Shown here piece by piece: positions 18,264-27,678 of a stretch of DNA of 64,000 nt (its first letter is position 1; each line of letters starts with the position of its first letter). This stretch comes from Thermoproteota archaeon (GTDB lineage: Archaea; Korarchaeota; Korarchaeia; Korarchaeales; Korarchaeaceae). Location of the stretch: assembly GCA_027491435.1 (NCBI GenBank), contig JAOZFG010000004.1, forward strand, positions 1 to 64,000, written 5' to 3'. A program made the position numbers and the translations under genes. The notes beneath the pieces were generated by a model that was not told the origin of the DNA, ran no database searches, and saw only the letters and a program-made list of their open reading frames with translations.

Positions 18264-19379
18264 ATACCTCCCACCGGCCATCTTCCTTACTTTACCCTCC
18301 TCTATGAGCCTATCTAGAACTTCCCTGGCCTCGGATAACTTCATAGAAAGAACTCTAGAAGCTTCTATGAGGGAAAAAGGCCTATCTCCAAAAGAGCTTC
18401 TCAAAGTAGCCTCCTCTGGGTCTTTTATTTCTTCCCCCCCTTTTTCCTCTTCTTCCTCAGTTTCCTCTACAGACTCCCCTTTTTCAGCCGACGATATGAG
18501 GTTGACTATTTTGTCCTCGTCAAGTCTCCCACTTTCCTTTAATTCCCTAGTGAGCATCGCTAGCAAGTTCCTAGCAAGCTTCATCAGCTTACGGGGATTA
18601 CCATCGGCCATCTCATTTAATCTTCTCACTATCTCCTTACTAAAGGGGGCCCTCCTGTCTGGCCTTATACCTTCAACCTTCTCCATGAACTTCTCAAATC
18701 TCTTCTGCAGGATCTTCTCCGCCTCATCGGGCTCTACTTTCCTCATCCTGACTACCTTGTGAGGAGTGTCCCTTAGCAGGGACTTCATGAGGTCATAGGC
18801 AGGCGGTATACAAGCTATCATGATTATGTTCCCCGGGTGCATCCTCTCGTACAACGTCTTCAGGAATTCCGTAAACATCTCAGCGTCCCGTCTAGTACCC
18901 AAGACGACGATGTTCTCTACCTCATCGAGCATTAGTATGGAGTGCTCGTACTTGTTTAACTCCTTAATTATCATACCCTTTAATGACTCAGGGTCATTGG
19001 GAATCTTCTTCTTGAGGGCCTTGAGCGGGCTAACCTTCTTCAACGCCTCGGCAATTCTCTTGAGCGAGGTCTCGAAGTCGTCAACATCAATTTTTACATA
19101 AAAAGCTGGAATATCATCAAATATTTCCTTAACAAGCCTTAATCTATGGGTTTTCCCCATTCCAAACTCTCCTATAAGAAAAATAAATTCCTTTTTATTT
19201 CCGCTGAGGGCCTTATTTATGAGGGAGCCCAAAACCTCATCAACTTTAGTGTCTACATGTACTTCCACAACCCTCTCAAGGCTCTCACTGCTGAGATAGG
19301 AGAAGGGATTAGCCTTGAGCATCCATCTTAGGTATCCAGCCTCAACAACCCTTATGTCGCTTTCATCCGGCAATTTCAA
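18252..19379 (-). CDS. AAA+ ATPase with C-terminal winged helix
   Basis: L..NPF N-terminal motif, GEFGMGKT, LMLDEVE, GNPR sensor, acidic linker, C-terminal wHTH (EAREVLDRLIEEGKV). Confidence 0.8.
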   Translation of the reverse strand: MKLPDESDIRVVEAGYLRWMLKANPFSYLSSESLERVVEVHVDTKVDEVLGSLINKALSGNKKEFIFLIGEFGMGKTHRLRLVKEIFDDIPAFYVKIDVDDFETSLKRIAEALKKVSPLKALKKKIPNDPESLKGMIIKELNKYEHSILMLDEVENIVVLGTRRDAEMFTEFLKTLYERMHPGNIIMIACIPPAYDLMKSLLRDTPHKVVRMRKVEPDEAEKILQKRFEKFMEKVEGIRPDRRAPFSKEIVRRLNEMADGNPRKLMKLARNLLAMLTRELKESGRLDEDKIVNLISSAEKGESVEETEEEEEKGGEEIKDPEEATLRSSFGDRPFSLIEASRVLSMKLSEAREVLDRLIEEGKVRKMAGGRYSFT

Positions 19380-19464
19380 GCCCCTCAGCCGAGCCTACTT
19401 ATTATCTCAAGCACGCTTATATAATCTCTCCTAAGTTGGTCTAGTGGTAACTAGGGTGTTCGTC

Positions 19465-20478
19465 ATGGATGGCAGGACGCTCAGATTCATTTTAATGACG
19501 ATATTGGCTATAGTTATCGTCGCATCACAGATAGATCACCTAAACGGAGCCATAATAACCGAAAAGCCGTACTACACTAAGGCCGATGTGTACGTGATCT
19601 TCCCTACAGAGGATACAGCTAAGCTCACAATTAAGTTCTCTATATACGGAGTACAGGCCAACGATATAGAGGCCTTAATCAATAAGACGGGCGAGGAGAA
19701 CTACACCAAGTCGATCATAGATAACCTTAAGCGCGTGGTAGGTAGGGCTCCCTACATAGGAGGGTCCTACAAATTCTACCCCATCAAAGAAGATGTAAAA
19801 ATAGTTAAGAAAATTTTAGATAAGGAGAAGGAACTTAAGAGAATAGACCTGATTTACAAGGCCGATTTGAGGGCTAGGGAGGGAGCTCCCCAGGAGAGAG
19901 GAGGTAGGAGGGGGCTCATCTATTCAACTAGGGATGATTACACAAACTTATCGCTGTTTTACGCCCTTAGACAATTGGATCTATTAAACCTAACCGTGGT
20001 CCTCCCTCCAGCTTACGTTATATCATACGTAAGGCCTAGGCCCTCGCTCTTGTATCCGGTCAACATGTCAGGTGAGCTCAGAGTGGCCTCCTCCTGGATA
20101 ATTAGGGATCCTTTAGTGGACAGGAGGGAGCACTCATACACGGGCTGGTTTCACTTCGGGATACACAACCTCACCGTCGAGGAGGTTAAAAAGATAGAAG
20201 AAATATACAGAAAGATGATAGAATTAAAGAAAGCTAACGCTATATTGGCTGATAAGGATAAACTTAAGGAGGTAAGCAGGTTCTACGACATGGGCTATAA
20301 TCTACTGATACACAGCCCAGAGAAGTTGGGCTACGGCCCGGATGACGCCCTCAAGCTGATTAGGGAAGCGAGCATACAGCCACTGAGCTTCGATGCTAAC
20401 CTAATCCTGCCGGCAATTGCCCTCTTGATCACCGCAGCAGAGGTTGGAGTCTATCTGTACTTCAAGCGCAAACGCTAG
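19465..20478 (+). CDS. Secreted, C-terminally membrane-anchored protein of unknown function
   Basis: N-terminal signal peptide; C-terminal TM followed by KRKR; several NxS/T sequons. Confidence 0.7.
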   Translation: MDGRTLRFILMTILAIVIVASQIDHLNGAIITEKPYYTKADVYVIFPTEDTAKLTIKFSIYGVQANDIEALINKTGEENYTKSIIDNLKRVVGRAPYIGGSYKFYPIKEDVKIVKKILDKEKELKRIDLIYKADLRAREGAPQERGGRRGLIYSTRDDYTNLSLFYALRQLDLLNLTVVLPPAYVISYVRPRPSLLYPVNMSGELRVASSWIIRDPLVDRREHSYTGWFHFGIHNLTVEEVKKIEEIYRKMIELKKANAILADKDKLKEVSRFYDMGYNLLIHSPEKLGYGPDDALKLIREASIQPLSFDANLILPAIALLITAAEVGVYLYFKRKR

Positions 20479-20566
20479 CGTCAGAAAACTTTTACATACC
20501 CCCCTACCTCTTATAGGGGGATAAAGAAATTATTTGGGTAACTCCCTTATAATTGAGGTGCCGGTT

Positions 20567-21715
20567 TTGCAGGTAATTAGGGACGAGTATAAGTTCTCTG
20601 AGGTGTACACACCTCCTAAGCTTCCCCACAGGGAGAAGGAAGTTGAGCTGCTTGTGAATACGATGAAATCAAGCTACGGTCTTAACGAGGGGCTATACTT
20701 GATAAAGGGGGAGCCTGGGATAGGCAAGACCTCGGTGGCTAGGCTCTCATCCAAGAAGTTAGGAGAGCTTGTCAAGGACTTTAAAGTGATCCACGTGAAC
20801 TGCAGAATATACAGGACGCCCACCTCCGTGATACAGAGAATACTCTCAACGATTCACCCAGGCATTCCGAACAGGGGGCTCTCACTTCAGGAAATGATGA
20901 GCATATTGGAGGATGTACTAAAGGACGAGAAAAATCTCCTGATAGTGTTAGACGAACTCGATTATTTGAAAGAGGGCGAAGACCTCGTATACTCCTTGCT
21001 AAGATCTCATGAAGGGGTCTTGGGAAACCCCTTAACTTTACTGCTAATAGCTAGGTGGGAACCTCCATATCTCATGGAGCCGTCGATAAGGTCCTTTATG
21101 AACATGAGAATACCACTTCAGAAGTACAGCAGAGAACAGCTGGCTTCCATAGTCAAGTATAGGGCTGAAGACGCCCTATACGAGGGCACCTTCGACGACG
21201 AGATAATAGATATGATAGCTGAGTTCTCAGAGCACTCAGGGAACGCTAGAATAGCAATAAGAATGCTTTATCTAGCCGCTAAATTCGCTGAGGATAAGAA
21301 GATGTCCAAAATAACTCCTGAACTGGTGAGAGAAGCCGCTTCCAGCGTGGGCGTGGTGGGAATTGATAACGACATGTTGGCAGCCCTAGATGTACACGAT
21401 AAGGTCATACTGCTGGCGGTGTCTAGGGTCCTCTCTTCCTCATCAAAGGCTTGGGTTAAGATGGGGGACCTGGTTGAGGAGTACACGCTGGCGTGCGAGG
21501 AGTTAGGAATACAGCCATACAAGTACACGGCGATTTGGAAAAGAGTTAGGGAGCTCAGGAAGATAGGCCTATTGGAGACCAAGAAGTCTAAAGAGGGGAT
21601 CAGGGGACAGACAACCTTAGTCTCCCTGGGATCAATACCAGCGGAGAAAATGGCCAAGAAGATAGAGGAGATACTGGCTGAGGAGTTGAGCCCACTACCT
21701 CAAAAACTTAGATAG
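20567..21715 (+). CDS. cdc6: Orc1/Cdc6 replication initiator
   Basis: Y.P..LPHRE, G.PG.GKT, VNC, VLDELD, Y...QL..I...RA, GNAR.AI, C-terminal wHTH with GIRGQT; TTG start after GAGGTG. Confidence 0.95.
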   Translation: MQVIRDEYKFSEVYTPPKLPHREKEVELLVNTMKSSYGLNEGLYLIKGEPGIGKTSVARLSSKKLGELVKDFKVIHVNCRIYRTPTSVIQRILSTIHPGIPNRGLSLQEMMSILEDVLKDEKNLLIVLDELDYLKEGEDLVYSLLRSHEGVLGNPLTLLLIARWEPPYLMEPSIRSFMNMRIPLQKYSREQLASIVKYRAEDALYEGTFDDEIIDMIAEFSEHSGNARIAIRMLYLAAKFAEDKKMSKITPELVREAASSVGVVGIDNDMLAALDVHDKVILLAVSRVLSSSSKAWVKMGDLVEEYTLACEELGIQPYKYTAIWKRVRELRKIGLLETKKSKEGIRGQTTLVSLGSIPAEKMAKKIEEILAEELSPLPQKLR

Positions 21716-22945
21716 CTGCTCTACCCCCACGAGGCTCTCCAATAAATCCACAAGCTCATCTGGATCCATCCTCAGCTCCTCAGCTACCCTCTTGGCTAGC
21801 TTCTTCCCCCTCCTGGCGTCAATTAGTATTAGAGGAACTATTTCCCGCCTCACGGTCCTAGTTGAGAGGTGTAATCTCTCAGCCATGCTCTTTAGAACCT
21901 CCTTAGCGGCAGCTCTCTCAACCTTAGTTTGTGCTAGGGTCTTCACCAGCTCGGGGAACTTAAATCTGACCCCCTTGGGCTTCGTCACCTTTGACGCACA
22001 GACGCCCACCGTCATCAACTCTATGTAGTAAACGAACAACCCCCAGTTATTGGTCCTTACAATCCTGCTCTTCACCAAATCGGCCAAGGAAAGGTACTCG
22101 TATGCCTGAACCAGCTCCTTGCCTGAGTAGGCGTAAGGCACGTTCTCCTCAATCCACCTCAACAACAGGTCAGGGTCCACATCCGAGTTCATGGCATCTA
22201 TCCTAGTCAGGGCGCAGTTGGTGCCGTAGAACACCGATGTTAGCACATCGAATACGTCTTTCTCAACGTCCCTCTTAGCAAACCCTTTACCGAACACCTT
22301 GGCTAAGTCGGAGGTGCCCTTCACTAGGGCTTCTAGGTCATTTATCGCCGCCCTCAAGTCTCCCTGCGAGTTTTTGGCTATTAGAGCCAAGATTGAGTCG
22401 GGAACCTTGACTCCCTCCTTCCTGCATATGTCCCTCAGGACAGACACGACCGTGGCCTGTCTGAGTCTATAGAACTTGACCATTAACGACATGTTCCTTA
22501 TCTCATACATGTGCCTCTCGTAAGCGTCGTTGGCAGTCATTATCACAGGAGCTTCTCCAGAGGACACTATCTTCTTGACTAAGGATGCCAAGGCAGAACC
22601 TTCCTGCCTCGGGATGGCATCAACTTCATCCAGTATTATGAGCCTAGGCTTCATCGTGAGCAGGGACGGAGCCCTCAGGTTCTGAAGTATCTTCTCCAGG
22701 TGCTCCCTGTCCCTCATGTCGCTAGCGTTGATCTCAACGGGCTCATAGCCCAAGTCATGAGCTATGGCGTAAGCGGCCGAGGTTTTCCCGGAACCCGGCG
22801 GACCAACTAACAGCAGGGCCTTAACCTTCTTTCCAGCCTTTACGTCCTCCATCCACTTTCGTATCTCTTGTAAAGCTTTGTTTTGCCCCCTAATTTCCCT
22901 CAAGCTTTTAGGCCTGTATTTCTCGGTCCAAGGTATGTCAGCCAT
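21695..22945 (-). CDS. rfcL: Replication factor C large subunit
   Basis: PWTEKYRP, GPPGSGKT, E.NASD.R, GDLRAAINDL, WIEEN. Confidence 0.95.
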   Translation of the reverse strand: MADIPWTEKYRPKSLREIRGQNKALQEIRKWMEDVKAGKKVKALLLVGPPGSGKTSAAYAIAHDLGYEPVEINASDMRDREHLEKILQNLRAPSLLTMKPRLIILDEVDAIPRQEGSALASLVKKIVSSGEAPVIMTANDAYERHMYEIRNMSLMVKFYRLRQATVVSVLRDICRKEGVKVPDSILALIAKNSQGDLRAAINDLEALVKGTSDLAKVFGKGFAKRDVEKDVFDVLTSVFYGTNCALTRIDAMNSDVDPDLLLRWIEENVPYAYSGKELVQAYEYLSLADLVKSRIVRTNNWGLFVYYIELMTVGVCASKVTKPKGVRFKFPELVKTLAQTKVERAAAKEVLKSMAERLHLSTRTVRREIVPLILIDARRGKKLAKRVAEELRMDPDELVDLLESLVGVEQLSKFLR

Positions 22946-23921
22946 GCTTTGACCCCATCTCTACAAGTTTCGCCAGAAATGCCGCCAGCTGTATATCCCC
23001 ATGGGCACCCTCTGTTATCCTGTAATCTAACTCGCTCATGAAAGCTATCAATTGAGCTTTAGCCCTATCATCCAAGTCCTTGCTGCTGAGTATCTCCCTA
23101 TGCATCTGCTTTATCACGTCTTGGGCCGACATTCCGTAATTAATCATGAGGCTCCTCAAGATCTCCCTAGCCTTAACGAAGTTTCCTTTCAAGGCCGTGT
23201 TTATCATTCCCTTTATCTCCTCTGGATGGGCCAGGCCGGCCACCCTGTAGACGACCTTAGAGTTAATCTCATCGCTCATAGCGGCTGCGGTCTGCATTAT
23301 GTTGATGGCCTTCCTGAGGTCGCCTTCAGCTACGTACACTATGGCTGAGATGCCATCCTCAGTGTATTTCACACCCTCGTTTCTGGCTATCATCTCTATT
23401 CTCTCTTTTATTGCCTTATCCGGTATTGGGCCAAATCTGAAAACGGCAGTCCTTGACTGTATTGGCTCAATTATCTTCGAAGAGTAGTTACAGGCCAAGA
23501 CGAACCTAGTGGTTCTGGAGTACATCTCCATGATCCTCCTTAAGGCATGCTGAGCATCCGCCGTCAGGCTATCCGCCTCATCCAAGTGAATTATCTTGAA
23601 GGGGACATCCCCCAGCGGGGCCGTCCTGGCGAAGTCCTTTATCTTGGTCCTAATAGTATCTATGCCCCTCTCATCACTGGCGTTTAACTCCAAGTAGTTC
23701 GCTCTCACGAGCTCCTCAGAGCCGTAGATGTCGTGAGCCAACGCTAAGGCTGCAGTGGTCTTGCCCGTGCCGGCGGGCCCGGCGAACAGCAGGTGTGGCA
23801 TGGACTTTCTTTTTACGAATCCCTTGAGGGCCTTTATTACCTCTTCCTGATCGACTATCTCATCTAGGGTTTTAGGCCTGTATTTCTCCACCCATAACTC
23901 AAACGTCAACCTAACACCCAT
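22938..23921 (-). CDS. rfcS: Replication factor C small subunit (no intein)
   Basis: [33 protein letters not shown]; start shortened from the track ORF (ATG 23921 or TTG 23909). Confidence 0.96.
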   Translation of the reverse strand: MGVRLTFELWVEKYRPKTLDEIVDQEEVIKALKGFVKRKSMPHLLFAGPAGTGKTTAALALAHDIYGSEELVRANYLELNASDERGIDTIRTKIKDFARTAPLGDVPFKIIHLDEADSLTADAQHALRRIMEMYSRTTRFVLACNYSSKIIEPIQSRTAVFRFGPIPDKAIKERIEMIARNEGVKYTEDGISAIVYVAEGDLRKAINIMQTAAAMSDEINSKVVYRVAGLAHPEEIKGMINTALKGNFVKAREILRSLMINYGMSAQDVIKQMHREILSSKDLDDRAKAQLIAFMSELDYRITEGAHGDIQLAAFLAKLVEMGSKHG

Positions 23922-23976
23922 GCATATATCAGTTAGACTTTTAATAACCATGCCGACCCGAGAAGTCTGGAGAGAT

Positions 23977-24180
23977 ATGTTCCCAGTGCGGTGCTTCACC
24001 TGTGGAAGTGTTATAGGAGATAAGTGGGAGGAGTTCTCCCAAAGAGTGGCTCACGGGGAGGATCCAGGTAAGGTGCTGGACTCCCTGGGAGTTAAGAGGT
24101 ACTGCTGCCGGAGGATGTTCCTGAGCCACGTTGAATTGGCTGATATAGAGCTAGCTTTCTCTCCTGTTATAGAGGGGTGA
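23977..24180 (+). CDS. rpoN: RNA polymerase subunit Rpo10 (RpoN)
   Basis: [10 protein letters not shown]...RYCCRRM. Confidence 0.97.
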   Translation: MFPVRCFTCGSVIGDKWEEFSQRVAHGEDPGKVLDSLGVKRYCCRRMFLSHVELADIELAFSPVIEG

Positions 24181-24185
24181 GTTGA

Positions 24186-24830
24186 TTGAGCTATGACGAA
24201 TCCGTGATACCCCCTGTAGAGGATAAAGATCTCCTAATTCCAAAGCAGAAGTATTTGTCCGCGGGCGTACACGTGGGCACTAGAATTAGGACCAAGGACA
24301 TGGGCAAGTTCATATACAAGGTGAGGTCTGACGGGCTCTGCATGATCGACATCAAGAAGACCGACGAGAGGATAAGGATAGCCGGTAAATTCCTAGCTAG
24401 GTTCGAGCCCTCCAAGATACTCGCTGTCTCAGCTAGGATATACGGTTTCAAACCCGTCAGGAAGTTCGCAGAGTATGTCGGGGCCACTCAGGTGACCGGG
24501 AGGATCCTACCAGGGACTCTAACAAACCCACAGGCGCCCCTTCACTTGGAGCCTGACGTGGTCCTGCTGTCTGATCCGAGGGTCGATAAGCAGATACACG
24601 TAGAAGCCATGAGGATGGGAATTCCTGTGGTGGCTTTGGTTGACGCTGACAACACCTTATCCTACATAGACCTGGCTATACCGGCCAATAACAAAGGAAG
24701 AAGGTCTTTAGCCCTAATATACTGGCTTCTCACCAGGGAAATCTTGAGAAACAGGGGGGAGCTTGGTCCTGACGAGGATCTGCCTGAGAGCTACGATGAA
24801 TTCGCCACTAGAATTATGGGCCTGAGATGA
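24186..24830 (+). CDS. rps2: 30S ribosomal protein S2
   Basis: YL.AGVH.GT, GR..PGTLTNP, P.NNKGR. Confidence 0.97.
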   Translation: MSYDESVIPPVEDKDLLIPKQKYLSAGVHVGTRIRTKDMGKFIYKVRSDGLCMIDIKKTDERIRIAGKFLARFEPSKILAVSARIYGFKPVRKFAEYVGATQVTGRILPGTLTNPQAPLHLEPDVVLLSDPRVDKQIHVEAMRMGIPVVALVDADNTLSYIDLAIPANNKGRRSLALIYWLLTREILRNRGELGPDEDLPESYDEFATRIMGLR

Positions 24831-24840
24831 AGGTGGTCAG

Positions 24841-25683
24841 TTGAGGGTGAGGAGGCCAGCCGTCGCTGGCACCTTCTATCCAGCTGATCCTAGCGATCTA
24901 CTCAACATGATCAACCAATTATTTGTGGATGTTGGCTATCAGGGGATACCCTCTCCTTCTGAAGGATTTCGGGCCATAAAGGGGCTGATGTCTCCCCACG
25001 CCGGCTACATATACTCCGGCAGAACCGCTGCAGCTGGTTATGGAAGGTTGGCCTCCGACGGATACCCCGAAACTTTCGTGATTATAGGCCCTAACCACAC
25101 CGGTCTCGGGGCTTCAATTTCCATATCGTCTGCAGATTACTGGGAAACTCCTTTAGGTAAAGTTGAAGTTGACAAGGAGCTGGCAGAAGAAATGGTGAAC
25201 TCTTTCGATGGAGCCTCATACGACGACCTGGCTCACATGGCTGAACACTCAGTCGAGGTGCAGGTTCCTTTCATACAGGTTATATGGCCCAATTCCAAAA
25301 TAGTACCCATAGTAATGGCTCTCCAGGATCCCATATACGCCGACGGATTGGCCAGATCTATAGTCAAGGCCTCGAAGGTTCTATCTAGGGACGTGGTGGT
25401 TATAGCATCATCAGACATGTCCCATTACCTGTCTGAAAGGGAGGCTAACTTAAGGGACAGAGCGGCGTTAAACGCCATACTGGAAATGGACGTGGAGAAG
25501 TTGTTTAGAACTATAGTAGAGATGGACGTGAGCATGTGCGGCCCTGGTCCCGTGGCTACGGCAATATACTTCTCAAAGCTCATGGGCGCCAACAGGGCTG
25601 AACTGGTGAGGTATTCTACGAGTGCTGAGACTAGCGGTGACTACGAACATGTTGTAGGCTACGCGTCGGTGGTGTTCTTATAG
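24841..25683 (+). CDS. MEMO1-family protein (AmmeMemoRadiSam protein B)
   Basis: R.PAVAG.FYP, PHAGY.YSG, GPNH, EHS.EVQ.PF, SSD.SHY, CG.GP, VGY. Confidence 0.93.
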   Translation: MRVRRPAVAGTFYPADPSDLLNMINQLFVDVGYQGIPSPSEGFRAIKGLMSPHAGYIYSGRTAAAGYGRLASDGYPETFVIIGPNHTGLGASISISSADYWETPLGKVEVDKELAEEMVNSFDGASYDDLAHMAEHSVEVQVPFIQVIWPNSKIVPIVMALQDPIYADGLARSIVKASKVLSRDVVVIASSDMSHYLSEREANLRDRAALNAILEMDVEKLFRTIVEMDVSMCGPGPVATAIYFSKLMGANRAELVRYSTSAETSGDYEHVVGYASVVFL

Positions 25684-26759
25684 TGGATAAAGAGCTTACA
25701 GAGCCGAGAAAACTGGATCACATAAGGATAGCTCTAGAGGAAATAGTTGACATGTCCAAGGAGGAGAGGTGGTTTGATAGCGTAGAGCTACTACATAACC
25801 CCTTACCTGACAGCTCCTTTGACGAAGTAGACCTCACAACTGAGTTCTTAGGCCATAAAGTTTCAGCTCCAATTCTGATAGAAGGGATGACTGGAGGTCA
25901 CAAGGCGGCCAAGAGGATAAACGAGGAACTGGCGAAAGCCGCGTCTAGGTTCGGAGTTCCCATAGGGGTGGGCAGCCAGAGAGCAGCCTTAGAAAAGGGC
26001 GAACTAGCTCACACCTACAGGGTAGTTAGAGAAATAGCTGACAACGTTCCTGTGATAGCTAACTTGGGAATCTCCCACGTGTTAGGTTCTAATGGCGTTG
26101 ATAACGCGAAAAGGGCCGTTGACATGATTGAAGCAGATGCCATAGCCATACACCTAAACCCTCTACAGGAGGTGATACAGCCGGAAGGGGATCGTGACCT
26201 AAGAGACGGGCTCATTTCAATAAGGGACCTAGTCAGGGAGCTAGACGTGCCCGTAATAGTTAAGGAGGTGGGCTCGGGGATAGGACCTGGTGTAGCTAAG
26301 CTGTTGGATTACGTTGGGGTATATGCCATAGACGTGGCTGGCTCTGGAGGGACTAGCTGGGCGCTTATAGAGGGAGAAAGAGCTCCAGACCGTTCAAAGG
26401 AGAGAACTGCCTCTAATGTCTACAAGAAGTGGGGGATCCCAACCCCAGCAGCTATTCTATCCGTAAGTGAGGCGATCGAAAGGGCTAAATTAATAGGATC
26501 AGGGGGAGTCAGAAACGGTCTGGATGCTGCCAAGTGTATCGCCTTAGGGGCGGACATGGCCGGGGCTGCGAGGCCCTTCTTGAAGGCCGCAGTGGAGGGA
26601 AAGCATGAGGCTGTAGTCTCCCTGCTTAATGATTATTCATATCAACTGAAGATAGCCGTTTTCCTTTCGGGGGCCAAAAGCATACCTCAATTTAGAAAGA
26701 TGAAGAACTACCTGCTCCTTGAACCCCTGGCCAGCTGGGTTAGAAGGCTTCTCATATGA
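25683..26759 (+). CDS. fni: Type 2 isopentenyl-diphosphate delta-isomerase
   Basis: RK.DHI, MTGG, GVGSQR, HLN.LQE..QPEGD, KEVG.G, G.GGTSW. Confidence 0.96.
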   Translation: MDKELTEPRKLDHIRIALEEIVDMSKEERWFDSVELLHNPLPDSSFDEVDLTTEFLGHKVSAPILIEGMTGGHKAAKRINEELAKAASRFGVPIGVGSQRAALEKGELAHTYRVVREIADNVPVIANLGISHVLGSNGVDNAKRAVDMIEADAIAIHLNPLQEVIQPEGDRDLRDGLISIRDLVRELDVPVIVKEVGSGIGPGVAKLLDYVGVYAIDVAGSGGTSWALIEGERAPDRSKERTASNVYKKWGIPTPAAILSVSEAIERAKLIGSGGVRNGLDAAKCIALGADMAGAARPFLKAAVEGKHEAVVSLLNDYSYQLKIAVFLSGAKSIPQFRKMKNYLLLEPLASWVRRLLI

Positions 26760-26769
26760 CGTTAAAATC

Positions 26770-26777
26770 TTTATATA
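26770..26777 (+). promoter_or_regulatory. TATA box of rpl7ae
   Basis: TTTATATA preceded by an A-rich BRE-like run, about 30 nt before the ATG. Confidence 0.7.
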
Positions 26778-26807
26778 TGGAGGTCGAGGGTTTCAAGGGG
26801 ATGACGG

Positions 26808-27197
26808 ATGACGGCCGGTGGAAAGCCCTTCTACGTGAAGTTTGACGTACCCGACGACCTCGTCCCTAAGATATATGAGTTGATTCAGACCGTCAGGGAG
26901 ACTGGTGGAAAGATAAGAAAGGGCGTCAATGAGACCACTAAATCCGTGGAGAGGGGAGAGGCTCTCTTCGTTGTCATAGCCGAGGACGTCAACCCTCCAG
27001 AGATCGTCGCACACCTGCCAATGCTCTGCGACGACAAGGGGGTGCCCTACGCTTACGTGCCTAGCAAGGAAGAACTAGGTAAGGCGGCTGGAATAGAAGT
27101 TGCCGCCTCTTCCGTAGCCGTTGTAGATCCGGGACAGGCCAAGAGCTTCTTGGAGAGTTTGGTGGACAAGATAAAGGAGATAAGAGGGTCCTCTTAA
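26808..27197 (+). CDS. rpl7ae: Ribosomal protein L7Ae (K-turn binding)
   Basis: KGVNETTK..ERG, IAEDV.P.EIV.HLP, LG.AAG. Confidence 0.97.
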   Translation: MTAGGKPFYVKFDVPDDLVPKIYELIQTVRETGGKIRKGVNETTKSVERGEALFVVIAEDVNPPEIVAHLPMLCDDKGVPYAYVPSKEELGKAAGIEVAASSVAVVDPGQAKSFLESLVDKIKEIRGSS

Positions 27198-27247
27198 GGA
27201 CTCACCTTTTTAAATCCACATAGTCTCTGGGAAGACGGGTGTATAGG

Positions 27248-27466
27248 TTGCCCGAAGAGGAAGATAAGGCGTACCCGGCCGAAGTAGTTGAGATCATAGG
27301 CAGAACTGGAGTGGCTGGAGACGTCATACAGGTCAGGGCTAAGATTTTAGTGGGGAAGGACAAAGGAAGGGTTCTCACGAGGAACGTGAAGGGACCAGTG
27401 AAGGTAGGGGACATACTGCTCCTCAGGGAGACCGAGATGGAAGCTAGGAAGCTCAAGCCCAGGTAG
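27248..27466 (+). CDS. rps28e: 30S ribosomal protein S28e
   Basis: IIGRTG..G...QV, RNV.GPV..GDIL.L.ETE.EAR. Confidence 0.97.
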   Translation: MPEEEDKAYPAEVVEIIGRTGVAGDVIQVRAKILVGKDKGRVLTRNVKGPVKVGDILLLRETEMEARKLKPR

Positions 27467-27476
27467 AGGTGATTAG

Positions 27477-27674
27477 ATGTCCTTCATGTTAAGGAAATGT
27501 GCTTTCTGTGGGAAGGAGATAGAGCCGGGATACGGCTGGATGTACGTGAAGACGGATGGGACGATACTTTACTTTTGCTCCTCTAAATGTGCTAAGAACT
27601 ACCTAAAGCTAGGCAGAAATCCTAAGAAGGTTAAGTGGGTAAGAAAAATGAAAGCCCAGGAGGCGAGCCGGTGA
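27477..27674 (+). CDS. rpl24e: 50S ribosomal protein L24e
   Basis: C.FCG..IEPG.G.MYV..DG...FCSSKC, R.P.K.KW. Confidence 0.97.
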   Translation: MSFMLRKCAFCGKEIEPGYGWMYVKTDGTILYFCSSKCAKNYLKLGRNPKKVKWVRKMKAQEASR

Positions 27675-27678
27675 TCGC

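Noticed and set aside
20479-20566. Replication origin next to cdc6
   Set aside because: No ORB or mini-ORB repeats and no extended AT-rich unwinding element
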